Positions 31,412-45,000 of a stretch of DNA of 64,000 bases are shown in pieces. The position numbers were made by a program, and so were the translations under genes. The stretch's first letter is position 1; each line of letters opens with the position of its first letter. The stretch comes from Epithemia pelagica (Eukaryota > Protista > Bacillariophyta). The notes below the pieces were generated by a model. The model saw nothing but the letters and a program-made list of their open reading frames with translations. It made no database searches and was not told where the DNA came from. The stretch lies in NCBI GenBank assembly GCA_946965045.2, contig OX337236.1, positions 496,001 through 560,000 on the forward strand. The letters run 5' to 3'.

Positions 31412-31871
31412 ACAAAAATCATGACACAACAAAAAACAACAAACCATCCTCGCGGTCCGGTCCCAACTGGATGGAGCGACAAGGTACGAGGAAGGTACAT
31501 GATACGGATTGGATGAGAGAGGTGAAATATACTGTTAAACGTACATAGGCAACCTTGCCAGTGTCATTACTGTAGTGAAATGTCATGTCGTTGAATGGCT
31601 AGTGATCATGATTCCGTGGGAGGATGTGAACCTTTACTACATCAACGATCTCAAAGCATCATACCTGATTCCTTCTGTATACGGATATGAGTTCCGTTCT
31701 CTACAAATATGCGGAATTTTTAGATATCTTCCTCCAAAGGACGCAACAACTATTCCAATATCTATTGTCCATGTCTGACCCAGAAGAATCACAATATATT
31801 ACAGTACAAACATTGTCTTATGAACCTTCTTTTACGTTAAAAAGGCAAAAGGTTTGGACACCATGCAGAGA

Positions 31872-33554
31872 CTATGCTTCTCCATGGCTACTACCACTAT
31901 TTCGTCTTCGTGTGGGAGTCATCATCCCTTTTCCCCACTTGAGCAAATCACTTTGGACTGCCTTGACGTCTTCCGAAAGCGTTTCAAACGGCATCATCCA
32001 GTGAAACTCTTCGGATACACGAAGGTTCTCGTCTTGTGCTTGTTTTCTTCTCCGTCTTCGAGAACTGTCGGAACCACTTTCGTTTCGAGGTGGTTTTCGA
32101 CTGCTTCGTTCGGATACGTGGTTCCTCGTGTCTCGTTCGTACTCGTCGTCCTTGGAGTATTTCCAATCACTTTGTTCGCTGTATCGCTCTCTGGAGGACT
32201 CCTTTTTGGGTTTGATGTCCTCGAGATAATCTCGCACCGAGTTCTTTTCGTACTTGGTCGTGCTGGAAAACTTTTTCTTGCTTTTGGTTGGTGGTTCGAC
32301 CGCAATGGGTGAATCGTCCGAAAAGGAGGATTGTTCACTCGCTTCTTCGGGTACAATGCCGTAGGATTCTCGCAAGGAATCGGCCGCTTGCGCCAGAGAT
32401 CCACAGGCAAAAAGTCGTTCCCAATCGACATCGTCACCCACCGATTCGGGTGCACACTTGGGGGGAGGAGGAGATTCCTTGCCCGAACACATATAATCCA
32501 TCAAGGAGAATTCTCGAGCGGAACGGACATTGAATTTGGCCGATTCGGCATCGTCTTCCAATTCATCAATCTGATCTTGTTGATCGTCCACCATTTCCGC
32601 CAAATCCTTGTATATATCATTGACCGTATGCATTTTCTTGTTGATTTCCGTGAGTTCTCGTTGCCGCATGGCCATGTCAAAGGCTTCTCGCTCACGCAGG
32701 GCTCGATCAAAAAAGTCCTCCTCCTCTTCCGGTACGTAATGAGTCACCGGTTGCGCCGAGGAACCCAAGGGAGCCATTCGGGCAGGGGATGGTGGTGTGG
32801 CTTCCTCCATGGCTTCCCCTGTACTCCAACCCACGGCGCCCAAACGACTAATTTCCGCCTTTTGTCGCTTCTCAAAGGTGGTCAAGGTCAAGACCAGAGA
32901 TTTGTGAATCCGCTTAAAATCCCGATGCAACTTCATACAGGCCGTTTGGGCTTGTCGCAATTCGGCATCGGGGCCACTCCCATAGAGCGTTTTTTCGTAT
33001 TGATACAACTTTTCCCACAAGGCCTTGTCCGTTTCCTGCGCCGATCGCATCAAGATTCGGGCTCGCCAGGCCGCTTCCGGAGATTCACCACTTTCGGCCA
33101 AAAAGGTTTCCAAGTCCGACACCATACGACCAAAGATTTGTGTTTCATGACTGAGTCGAGAAAAGACAGACTTTCGTTCCATGACAGTCCGAATCGACGA
33201 GGAATATTGTTGTTGATGGGAGGAGGAGGAATATTGATTGTGGGACGAGGAGGAGGACTCCTCCGTCGCCTTGTTCGCCGTGTGTTCATCGTCCGGAGAC
33301 GAGGAACAATCCTCTTCCTGAGGCTGAACGCGTCCATGTAAGACAATCATTTGACGTCGTGATTTGGGTTGCATCATGCTATTACTTTTGTTGTGGTTCG
33401 GTGTACTGTTGCTTAAATTGTTGACTCGGTTGCGAAGAAAGGATGGGACGGGAACATGAGAGTCTCCTTCCTGATGATGACTCGAAGTACTATTACGAAG
33501 ATTGCGAAATTGCCGCACACTCGCTCCACCACCCGTGAGATCTTGAAATGACAT
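31872..33554 (-). CDS. Syntaxin-7/SYP2-like Qa-SNARE protein lacking a C-terminal TM anchor
   Basis: Starts MSFQDL (ATG 33554). Habc-like helices (MKLHRDFKRIH), then a Qa motif INKKMHTVNDIYKDLAEMVDDQQDQIDELE, then about 200 charged or disordered residues. Confidence 0.75.
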   Translation of the reverse strand: MSFQDLTGGGASVRQFRNLRNSTSSHHQEGDSHVPVPSFLRNRVNNLSNSTPNHNKSNSMMQPKSRRQMIVLHGRVQPQEEDCSSSPDDEHTANKATEESSSSSHNQYSSSSHQQQYSSSIRTVMERKSVFSRLSHETQIFGRMVSDLETFLAESGESPEAAWRARILMRSAQETDKALWEKLYQYEKTLYGSGPDAELRQAQTACMKLHRDFKRIHKSLVLTLTTFEKRQKAEISRLGAVGWSTGEAMEEATPPSPARMAPLGSSAQPVTHYVPEEEEDFFDRALREREAFDMAMRQRELTEINKKMHTVNDIYKDLAEMVDDQQDQIDELEDDAESAKFNVRSAREFSLMDYMCSGKESPPPPKCAPESVGDDVDWERLFACGSLAQAADSLRESYGIVPEEASEQSSFSDDSPIAVEPPTKSKKKFSSTTKYEKNSVRDYLEDIKPKKESSRERYSEQSDWKYSKDDEYERDTRNHVSERSSRKPPRNESGSDSSRRRRRKQAQDENLRVSEEFHWMMPFETLSEDVKAVQSDLLKWGKGMMTPTRRRNSGSSHGEA

Positions 33555-34989
33555 GATGCTGGTGTACGTTACGTTCCATCCACCAAGAGAGAGAGAGAGA
33601 GAGATCAGTCTTTCTCTTTTGCTAATTGCCAAAGAGCACTTTCCGTTTGTTCCCTCTTTACTATTCTCCACAAAAAGACGGCCGCGGGTCCTGGGGTTCA
33701 CCGAAAAGGTGGTTGTTGTTGTTGTCAAAAGGACCAGAGTACGAACCGCAAAACGGAGTCGTGTGACAGATCGGATAATATGGCGATTCAATTCTTATCG
33801 ATGGGCCCGCTCGCGCACGCTATACAAGATTTGATACGTGGAGGTCGAAAATTTTCCATCCGTTGGTGTCCGTTACAGGCGTAGCCTGGCGTTCCCGTAA
33901 TTAAGTTTCAAGATCAGACAAATCATATTCAAATTGTAAAAATACGACCAGAGTACATCCTTGACTATACTAATTCTCAGAATACACCAAATTTCTCATA
34001 TTCCAAATGGAAATTTTAGCCAGGAAGCCTTTGTGCCCATAAGTTCTGTGACAGAATTACTTAACCATCATCGCCACGTGGGCAACGCTTCAAAAGCGCA
34101 TGCCGCGCTTTGAATTTTGGAACGTACACTTTTGATCGGAAAACACAACAATAGCCCCCACAGAATTTGCAATTTGGATGGACGAATCGCAAGCTCGGAG
34201 ACGAATGCGGGTCTATCGTCTCTATCCCAAAACAAGTTTCGCCTCTATGTGAGGAACAGGTTGAGGAGATGTGTGCAAGACTGACCATGACATACATGGA
34301 GCCGCAATCCTACAAAACAGTTCAATAGCAATCAACATGGAACAAAAAAGTGGAATCGAACCAAGTCTGTCCTCTCCGCGCAAGCGTCAACCTATTGTTT
34401 ACCCATTGCCGTACCTAGGGATTCTCAAAATGCTCCTTTCCGAGAATCAGACAGAAAGTCCCATCTTCTGTTGTATCGAACTCCTTGTGAATGGTCGCGA
34501 CCTGCCCACCATGACCTACGATCGTGGATCTATCTTCGATCGTGATGAGGAAACGTGCCACCACATGGATCGTCAAAATCAAAAAACTATGCACCATCGG
34601 TAAAACACTCTTTGCCAACTGCCGAGTACATTCGGTCAGCAAGCTGAAATTAGATTGCTTGAAACCTACTCCTAGTCCTTTGAGCTCTCTAGCCATCCAC
34701 ATACCACATACGCCGAGTCTTTTTGTCAAGGAGGGTTAGTTCTTTGGCTTATACATGATCCATGCAGTGTAGTTCACCACACATCAAAAACATGCACCAT
34801 TGCATGCAGGCTACTTTCTAGAATACGGAAGAATACGGTAGTTGGAGAAACTGCCCAGACGTTTCTACTTGAGTTGTTCTTATGATTCTGTTGTTAAAAT
34901 CTATTCGATTGGGAGAAATTGTTTGGTGACAAGAAAGAAAAAAGGACCGGCGGGGAACTGTACTAGGTAGGGACAACTTTGCGGAAACT

Positions 34990-37696
34990 CTAGTATTTGC
35001 CGGTACACAGATCAAACACTCCTTCGATCAAGTCGCTGGATCGTTTCACAACGGCCTTTTCCATACTTTCCGCATAGGGCACCGGGGCATCGTCCATACA
35101 CAATCGCTTGACGGGAGCATCCAACAAGTCAAACAATTCTTCCGATACCCGTGCCGAAATGGTGGCACCGACACCTCCACTCTTGGTCGATTCGTCCAAA
35201 ATGGCCAACTTGTTGGTACGGGCCAACGATTTGCCAATGGTCTCCATATCCAAGGGCTTGAGGCATCGCAATTCAATCAAATCGATATCGAATCCTTCTT
35301 CCTTGATGGCATCAATGGAACTCAAGGATTCCTTAACTCCATGCAAGTAGGTGAGAACCGTCACGGCGTTGCCGGCCTTGACTGCCTTGTCGGATGCTTC
35401 ATGGAGGAGCGCGGCCTTGTTGAGGGGCATGCACTGGCCGAGTTGGACGGGTCCCTTGGATTCCTTCATCATTTTGACGGGAGCAAACAAAAAGCAAGGT
35501 CCATTGTCCCGAATCATGGATTTGGTCAACCCATAGGCCGCTTCGGGGGAGGCGGCCGTTCCAATCTTGAGTCCGGGAATGCCCATGACATAGGCATGAA
35601 AGGGTTGCGAGTGTTCGGCTCCCAGGGCTTGATTGGGCGCGGTTCCTCCCGCTCCAATAATGGTCAGGGGCATGTCAAATTGACCACCCGTCGTGGCGTA
35701 GGTGTTTCCCGCTGAGGAAATTTCGGCCATGCCGTAAATGCCAAAGTTGGTGTTCATCAATTCGACAATGGGACGGTATCCGTTCAAGGCTTCTCCCAAG
35801 GCCTTGCCCACAAAATGACCTTCGTCAATAATTTCATCCGCGGCCCGAACTTGTCCATAGGTCTGTTGGGTCAATTTCGGAATGTCGTACGAGGATCCCG
35901 CTTGCAAATCTTCGGCGTGAATGGTCGTGGTCGGATCCCGGAGCATTTCTTCGTGAATGGCCAGGTTAATGGCATCGCCAATGGAAATTTCCCCTGCCAC
36001 CGCCTTTTGTCGCAAACCTTCCAGGTGCGCTTCAATCGTTTCCAATTGTTGGGCGGAAATGGTGCGCTGGTTCACTTCGTCCGCCCAGGCCGGTCCATCC
36101 CGTTGGTTGTAGTCGGTATCGGCCGGATCGGGATATTCGAGTTCCTTGGCCAATTCCACGGGCGGCATGGCGGATTCATCGGCAAACTTGACACAGGCCT
36201 TGACGTCGGCCATGACTTGTTTCTTGGCTTCCTTGAGTTCGTCTTCGGTAAAGACACCATTGGCCACGTACATGTCTTCAAAGAACTTGAGCGGATCTTG
36301 TTCGTTGCGGGCCCAGGCCTTTTCTTCCTTGCGCCCTCGTTCGTGTTCGGGGTCGGCGGGCGAATGACCATTGAATCGGTACGTGTGCACTTGCAAAATG
36401 GCCGGTCCCTTGCCTTGACGAATGTAGTCAATGACGGCCTTGCCACCCTTGGCGACACTGACCGCATCCAAACCGTCCACCAACAATCCGGGGACGCCAT
36501 AATGCTGGCCTTGTTGGTACACATTGGAGTTGGTGGCAATGTCGGGCGTAAAGGTATTAATGGCTCGTCCATTGTCAATGACAATGGCCAAGAGGGGAAG
36601 CTGGTCCTTGGCGGCCGCATTCAAGAGTTCGGCCATGCGGCCGTTTTGGGCACCGCCTTCTCCGACAAAGACCACCGAAATGCGGTCGTCGTCCGCGGCC
36701 GGTGCGACATTTTGCTTGACAATTTGGTCATCGTCCGAGAGTCCCATGGCGCGATCCAACAAAATGGATTTGGCTGCCCCACAGGCATAGGGCAATTGTT
36801 CCGCCACCAAGGCCCATCCTCCCTGAAAGTAGTGTTCCTTGTCGTAAATGTGCATGGATCCACCAGCGCCCCGACACGACCCCGTATCTTTCATCATGAG
36901 TTCGGCCATGACCTCCCCCGCGTCACAGCCCGAAGCCAAGGCATGGGTATGGTCCCGGTAATAGGAGAATTTCTTGTCCCCCGTTTGAATGGCGTAATCG
37001 ACCAAGCCCGGAATGGCTTCTTGGCCATTGTCCAAATGCATAAAGCCCCGAATTTTGCCCTGCATGTATTGTTGGTTGCAGGCATTTTCAAAGCCCCGCG
37101 CCAATTGCATGGCCTTGTACAACTGGAGCAAGGCCTCCTTGTCCTGGTCCATGCTCTCGTACGTCGCCACCTCGGCAGCGCTGTACCCAAAGGCCTCTTG
37201 CAATTGCGAGGAAATGTCCGACCAAGGCATGTTAATGGGAGGGCGCATCACCGAAGTCTAGTAGAGTAAGTAGATAAGAAACATGACAAACACAGAAACC
37301 AACCAGAGACAAACAACAACAACAACAACAACAACAAAGGTCAACAACTCCCATCCGACACACAACACAACACTTGCATGCAACATGACAATAGAATCAT
37401 GGGGAGGAACGTACCGTTGTGCTTTCTTCCGTGGCCACGGCGGTCGAAAAGAGGGGAGAATTGTAAGCCATCGAGACATGCTCCTGTCCGACGACGTGCG
37501 CCATTCGACTGCTCTTGTACAATGGTCTGGATATATAGGACAAACCACGAAGGATGGTGAGATTTAAAAACCTCACAAAGTTTGCGGCCCTGCTGAAACA
37601 GAGAGCACAACAGTACAACAGAGAGAGCACTTACGTAAAGGCTGCCAAGGGGGCAGCCAAGGAAAGGGAGGCAAGGGCGACGGCCGATACTTTCAT
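34990..37696 (-). CDS. Plastid pyruvate dehydrogenase E1, alpha and beta subunits fused; exons 37696-37635, 37526-37415, 37257-34990
   Basis: Alpha part GFMHLDNGQEA, YYRDH, YRFNGHSPADP; beta part PIVELM, HSQPF, DLIELRCLKPLD, VKRLCMDDAPVP. Two GT-AG introns restore the frame and an LAA-FTP plastid presequence. Confidence 0.93.
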
Positions 37697-39004
37697 TGTG
37701 AATCTAGTATTGTTTGTTTGGTGTTGTTGAGTTTTTTTATAGAGAAACGAGAGACGCGGATTGGTTGTATCCGAATTGTCGCGTATGAACTGGTTCAAGA
37801 AGTCGGAACAGAAGCTTCGGCTTGGTATGTCGTCGTCTTCCAAGCGATTTTCCTAAAGGTACGCTTCCAATGAGACGAGCGAAAAATGGGGTCGCCAATA
37901 CCAAGAACCGACGACAACAACAACGCGTCCACGATACTGCAGGCACACACGGTTCGGTTGGAGGAGTGAGATATCCAGAAACACACAGTTGATGGGTGTG
38001 ATGGATGATGGAGCGATGACGAGTGCACGAAAAAGATCCCGTTCTACATACTCCCTCTGGAAACCCTTTGTTGCACCAAAAAAAGGGGAATTACGTCAGT
38101 TCATGGGCGTATGTCCTATGGTCAAAAAAATTATATAGGCTTATAGCTCTTTTTAGTACGAACATTTCGGTATATAATTTATATGTTCGATCTCGTATTC
38201 CTGACGACCTGTGATCAAAAAAGGGACGAATTGGAAGCACCTACTTTCATCCCGTACCGGTTGATCCTTATATGCCTCCTAGGAGAGCGCGAGGGCCAGG
38301 ACGCTCTATTGGAGTGTCAAAGGGACCAGAGCTGCCGGCACAATGCTGTGGTCGGGCCATTTTGACCCTCCTCACCATGGCACCTTTTCCTGAGGTGCTT
38401 TGACTTCCGTCGCCAAATATTTTGTACTTTTCGTATAGTAGTGTAGAGGCGCGCATGTCATTCTATATGATCCCCCATATTATTCTAAGATTTTGATACT
38501 CCGAATGAGCCAGCCATCCTCCTGTAGGGTTTGTACTGGAGTATACGTGAATTTTTAATGCGACTAAAATAAGCAAAAACCAACAAAGGGTTTCCAGAGG
38601 GAGTAATATTATCTCGCTTGCTTGTCGATGCTGGTGGTCAGTCGGGCCATGCTTCGCGTTTCGCAACGTCATCCCCTTCCGCTTTACAATATTACCCCCA
38701 ACGCGAAGCAATTCGAGGCCCTTTTTTGTGCGACTGCCTGTTTGTGCGAGTCGGAAGCGAACCGAACACGTCGGCGACTCCGTCTGTCCGACTGTACCAA
38801 GTCACATCCTTGTCACATCAATGTCGCACTCTTTCCCACCACCATCGAGAGCTTTGGAGCAGCAAGTGGAGTGCAAGCACAAGGATCTTTCGTGCCAACC
38901 ATCATCTCAAATCCAAATCCATATATTAGAAGGCGACCTTTACGTAGAGACAATCCATTATTCTCTGGACACCACCACCACCAAGAGTCTGTAGTATTGG
39001 CACC

Positions 39005-42000
39005 ATGTCATCGTCCATGACTTCGTTGCAGGCCCAATTGGCGGCGCTCAATGGTTCGTCGGGCAAACACCCGGGCTCGATTCTGGCCTCGAGTCGTCGC
39101 CATGAAGATGCCGTGGGACGCGGCCTTCATTTTCGACCAGAACAGGGACATGCCGTGACGGAAACCATTCGCTTCAAGGCCTCGTTTATTTATGAAACGG
39201 CCCAACAAGCAGCCAAAATTCCTCTGCGGACCCTCTTGGAACAGGCGCAAGCGGCCGCCACGACCCTGTGTGCGCACGACAAACCCGGCACACTGCTGTG
39301 GGACGATTGGCAACTGGCCTGTTCCAGTACCGATGCGTCGACCGAAACCTTGCAAAGTATTTTGCTGCACCTATCCACCTGGTTGGGAGAAACGGACGAA
39401 CACGTGGTGGAGCAGTGTTTGCACATTCTCGAGTATTTACTCCGACGCTACAATTTGCACGTGTCGCCTACTTTATGGGAGGATTTGCTCTGGTGCTTTC
39501 TGCCGCATCATGCCACCAAGGCTGCCTTGGTCCATCGCTGTTTGCAATTGATCGATTTGGGAGGGTCCAATCAATCCTACTTGTTTTTGCGCCCCTATGC
39601 CGCCACTCACACCACACCCACGCCCCTTCCGCGTGCACTGTTGGCTCAACACGTGATGCAAACCCGCAATTTGCTTCGTCGCATCGTCTGGATGGTACGA
39701 GAAACCTGTGCCCTGGTCGATGACTACACCACTGCCAGCTCGACGCAGGACCGGCCGCTGCGCCATGGCATTCAACGGCACTTGTCGTGGACGGCGGCCT
39801 GTATTGTACAAGGATTGGCCTGGCAACGACACCAATTCCAGTCCGATGGGGACCGCGAAGATGTGATTCGCGTCCTCTTGCCCATGGTACGACAGTGTTG
39901 TACCATGTCGTCCCCCGATGCACGCATGTGGGGCTACCTCGTGGCCTCGGCGGCCGCCGAAACCTTGGATTTGGCAAGTGTCGTCTTGGAACAGTGGACG
40001 TCCGCCATGATGGAATATGCCCATGACCAACCACCACAAGATGATGATGGTGGTAGTATCCGGATTGATGGCGAGGCCTGGCTGGCACTCTTGTCGGTCC
40101 TAGTTCCCCCGCAAACGGGCCACCACATGGTAGAGGACGGTTCCTATCTCCCCTTGTTGCAAGGCGGCAAGTGGGTGGGATGTCCCTTGCCACGCCCCAC
40201 CTTTGACAGTTGTCTGCACCAAAAGGGTGTCACGGTCATTGCCACGGCCTTGGCCACCTTGTCGCAACAAGGCCTGCAAGTGACGCCCCTCGTGGCCGCC
40301 TTTGTCGCGCGGGGCCTGGAAACGTACCAGGTCGAGTTGGTACTGGCACTCGTACACACGAACGAATTGAAGCACGTGTGGAAGCATCCCATTCTCAAAC
40401 TGGCCGCCTCCGTGTCGAGTTGGGTGGCCACCCTCGCCGCGCAACAACGTGCCGATTTCAGGGTCACGACCAACTCGGAGGACCCGGAGGAACGGTCGGA
40501 AGGGTCCAAAATCGTGACCATCCTCCAACGACTCCACGAATGGGATCCCCTCGAGGCCGAACAAGGCTATGCACATGCCTTGCAACACGCTACCGACAAC
40601 CAGACGGATCAAGCAACGATCCGGAAAGTCCTGGCCCAGGTGGTTCCGTCGGAAGTCTTGACCAGTCCCACGAACGTCTCGTTGCCTTATGTGGCCTTGA
40701 ATGACGAGGCCCACCCATCCCGTCGACTCGAAGCCATTCGCAAACTGTTGGAGTATCGGCAAGACACTCGGGAAACCAAACAATCCTTGGTGGACCTACT
40801 GATTCGACGATGGAGCCACGACCGAGACTTTAGTGTGGCTCTGGCGCTCGGAACCGCCATTGGGTCTCTGATTGGAGTGCGGGACGACTCGTCCCAACTC
40901 TGGTTGCGCACCGAACATGCTTCCCTGATACTCGCCGGATTCCATCGCTGGGTGGGTGGGCCGTCGTCAGTGGTGGTGGACCAGAAGAAAAAGGATGGTC
41001 TGTTCCAATCCAGTTTGCAAATGATGCAAGTGGCCCTGCGTGAATTGGTCTGTAACGAACCCGAAACACACTTGATCCTCGAGGCCGGCCTGGCCCATGT
41101 GTTGGACGTACGCCCCCCAGTGTCCTCGGCGGCCCAACAGGTTCTTGTCACGGCGCTGGGTGAAACGGAGAGTCTCTCCCACCAAGACATGCTGAAAGCG
41201 TTATTGGTGGGGCGATCGTCCTTTTTGACTCGTATACTGGAACGGTTGAAATCGGATTCCATGGTGGACGCGGGTGAAACTGTCATCCGAGAAAAAAGTG
41301 CTTGGAACCTACTCTTCCTTTGTGCCCAACATCCAGACAGTGTCGAAACGAATCATGTGGCGGAGCTCTGTGTCGATGTGGCCTGTACGCTGTTGGAATC
41401 GGGTACCAGCAACAATACACGGTCGATTGGTATGGATCAGAGATCCAAGATTGTCACGTGTATGCAAGCCTGTGCTCCACATTTGTCCTCGTGCAGCGTT
41501 TGCATCTCAGCCTTGATGAGAATCGCATCGTTACCCGACAAGGACTTTGAGGCCATGGGACAGGACCTTTTGAAAGCCGTGTTGCACCGACCAACAAATT
41601 CCAGCTCGGTGTCTCCAGTGTCTCCAGTGTCCATCGTCATGGAAGCTTCTCTTCAACCAACGTTACACCCCTCGAATATTTGTCGATTGATCGACCTTGC
41701 TTCTGACTATGCCACCAACGACGAGTCACCAGTTCTCTCGTTTTCCGCCATTATACCAGTATTGAGCCTCCTTGAACATGATAGCGAGAGAGTTCGGCTG
41801 ACGGCAATCGCGTTTCTGGAACAACTGGGCCAGCGATATGGCGATTCGTCGTTTGACTCCAAGTCCTACGGCGACTTGAAAGGATTGAAGTATATTTTTC
41901 GGGATGTTTTTGCTTCGCTGGGGACAGAGGGTCAAAGTCGATTTCTCAAAGAGTCTCTTGCGGATGTGTTATCACTCTGTGTCAAGCACAAACGTGGAAG

Positions 42001-45000
42001 CGAATCGAGGGTTGCAATGATGAGACTCTGCAACTTGACATGTCAGTCGGTGGACAAACTCAACGTGTCCAAGAAAATTCCCGAATATCTTTCGCCAAAG
42101 GAGTGTCCGCGAACAATTGAGACTGTCAGCACAATTCTCAAGGCAATGGAAGTTTCGGGAGAGGAACATTTTCCTTTATTGGAGCGATGGAATCGGGTTG
42201 GTGTGCATGTGATTGCAATATCCATAGATTTAGCGGACAAGGAAGTTGTGCAGAGCTACTCGAACTTGTTTAAAACAACCGTGAGAATGTTACGTGCACG
42301 CTACGTGACAGGCTCAAAGGTGGTTTTCTCGTCAGGACCTCGGATGGGTGGTGGCCGAGGTCGATCATACTCTCTTGGGAGTATGGAAGATGTAAAGACT
42401 CTTGAATCTTACCCAGGAGAAATGAGTTCCGCTATTATCTCTGTCCTGGAATCGAAAAGTGTTGGGGCACTCAAGTTATCTTCCTTTGTCCTGAAAGATC
42501 TTTTTCAAGAAGCTGAATGGGTGGACCGGGTATTCTCAAAGCTTCCTTTGTCTGCACGGGAAAGACTGCTGACAGCTGTTGTGGATCTGGTTGCATCTGA
42601 TGCTTCTGATGTCGCAACATCCTCTTTCCTGAAACTCCCATTTGAGGCAGCGGATGTTCACGTATTCCTTCAAAACCAACTCAAAGCTTCTCCCATCAAG
42701 TTGTCGCTGATAGTTTGCGTTGCGAGCTTTGTCAGTGGAAATGGTGAGCAAATGCGAAACTCAACAAGTTTCCCAAAACTTTTTGAATCTCTGTTGGCGG
42801 TGCTTATATCACTTGATTCTACCTCCCATAGCTACGAGAAGGAGGACTATGCGTACGGATATCATGCATTATTGAATTGTCTTAATATGCTTTCGAACAG
42901 CTCGACACTCACAGGTGTACTCTCAACCAATCCGAGCAAGAAGATGCTCGAGGGGTTCTCCATACTGCGTTCTATCTTCGATCATGATGAAGACAAGTAT
43001 CTCAATACGTTCTCCTACAACAAAATTCGGCTCACTGCTTTGAGTTTGACAGCGTCGCTCGCTGACACATATCCGACTGAAACACGGACAACTCTCCTTG
43101 ATGGCCTCAAAGCCTGCATAACGCATTCTTCGCTGAAATTTATAGGTCGAAAGCATCGCGTTGAGCTGGTTTCCCGTGTTCTCCGTGTTTTCTGGGTGCG
43201 CTCAGCGGACGGCCCGGTTGACTTTGGTTCTGTGCTTCACGAGTTGGTACAATGTTTCGCAGAAGCAGACTACGATATCGATCTGCTGACAGATATCGTT
43301 GCCTCACTGGCCGCAATTGATTCGGAGGCAAAGTTAAGTTCTGTCGGTGCCTTCGCAGCCATTGCCATTGCAATAGCCCGCAGCGAGTCGCGACATGAGC
43401 CCAAACTGGCGCTTCAAATAATAAGTTGCTCCCCAAGGCATGCGAAAATGTCATCGGTTGTGTTGATTTTCCAATATATCAAGAATATTGCAGTCACTCT
43501 GATTGAAAGTGCGGAGGGGTCGATGGAAGTCATCGAGCAACCCCTTCCTCAGCATACCTTCATCGCGTCTATCGCAAAAGAAAACAAATCTTCTGGTCTT
43601 CAAAAGTTGCTTCAAAGAATGATCCGTTTGTTTGAAGATTGTCTTCAACTACGAGATGTTCAAGAGCGTTTGGAGAATGGAACTGAAGAAGACAGCAAAT
43701 TCTGCTTATCTCTTTGGCAAGGTTCTCTTTGGCTTCACGCAGCATGTCAAATTGCAAGAAACTCGAACAAGACAGATACGACGTTGTGGCAAGCATTAAC
43801 CGTGTCGGTCGATGAGATAAGGAACGAAATCCAGTCGGCAATGCCCTTGTCGTTGTTCATGGCCTCAGTTTCTCGGTTACTCGAGAACGATGCCAAACAC
43901 GATATGTTGGCAGAAGCACTTGCTCTGGTTGCTGAGCGGGTTGTTGACGTACCACCTGACTCAGCAGAAGCGTCGCTGTTCATGGCCCTCCTACCTGAAC
44001 TCTCCCATTCACTGGGTGGTCGTGAGGTATGGACACAAGCTTCAACGGGAGCATACCAGTCAGCCCTTTTGGCAATAGAGCATATCGGAAGAGTCTTGTG
44101 CCTTGGTACGAAGCGGCCTGGTGATTTGGATACTCGAATGTTTGAGACAGTTCTGGAAAAACTCGCGGAAACATTGGAGGGGGGATCGATCCAAATGAAT
44201 CTAAACAATGCCAAGTTCTCCAGTGTTGGGGCGACCCATCGAGATCTAATGTGTAGCCTAATGCTGGCAGCGTCAACCACAATCAGAATACTTGGAGTAA
44301 GGGCACTTCCTCATGTTCCTCGTATCATGGGCCCTCTCGTCGAAGCACTTTCAATGGCAAATGATACAGAGCAAGATCATGGCAGCAAGGCCTCGGCACC
44401 GAGGGATATGCAATTAGCGGCTGTTCGAACAATAGATGCTGTCGCAGAATCTGTTCCGCAGCTTTTTGCCAAATATCTTCCAGAGTTACTGGTCAACCGA
44501 GCTTTGCTCTCAAACCGACTTCGGTCAGGAAATGATCCGGTCTTAAGTCAGGCTGTTGACGCGCTGGACAACTGTATTTCAAGTGGTGTTCCGGCACGGA
44601 TGCTCATTCCAGCTCTGGAAAATGCGTCGGAAAGGGGAGGGTCTAACAAAAACTTGCTTGTTCTCGTTCAGATGCTTCATAAAACAGTCGAAGGTGTTTC
44701 TTCCAGGGATGCTGGCTCACTGAAGAGTGGCGTTTTTATCTGCATAACCACAGCTATCGACCAAGGGGGTTCGGACCTTCATTCGGAACATCCCTTGGTG
44801 GCTGAAGCGTGCGCCGCCCTGGTCTCTTTTTCTTTGAAGCTGTCTGAAGGCCAGCTCCGCCGTGTTTACGGGGCTTTGAAGGAATGGAAAAACGAAGCCA
44901 CCGCAGTTCCTGGTGCATCTAATGCAACAAAGCGCCTAGCATTCTGGGCAATGTCTGCTTCTCTCTCCCATCACATTAAATCTCTCTTCCTCTCGTCTGT

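Noticed and set aside
34061-34990. Short ORFs between the syntaxin-like and PDH genes
   Set aside because: No motifs or consistent exon structure.
35815-37269. Long antisense ORFs (also 28018-29076 +, 24665-25627 +, 20878-21777 +, 30404-31447 -, 32331-33341 +)
   Set aside because: Each lies opposite a clearly recognisable gene, has no motifs, and is expected from codon bias that avoids TTA/CTA/TCA on the sense strand.
37593-37634. Alternative 42-nt first intron in the PDH gene
   Set aside because: Much shorter than other introns here; the acceptor at 37528-37527 gives the correct frame and the AA-FTP motif.
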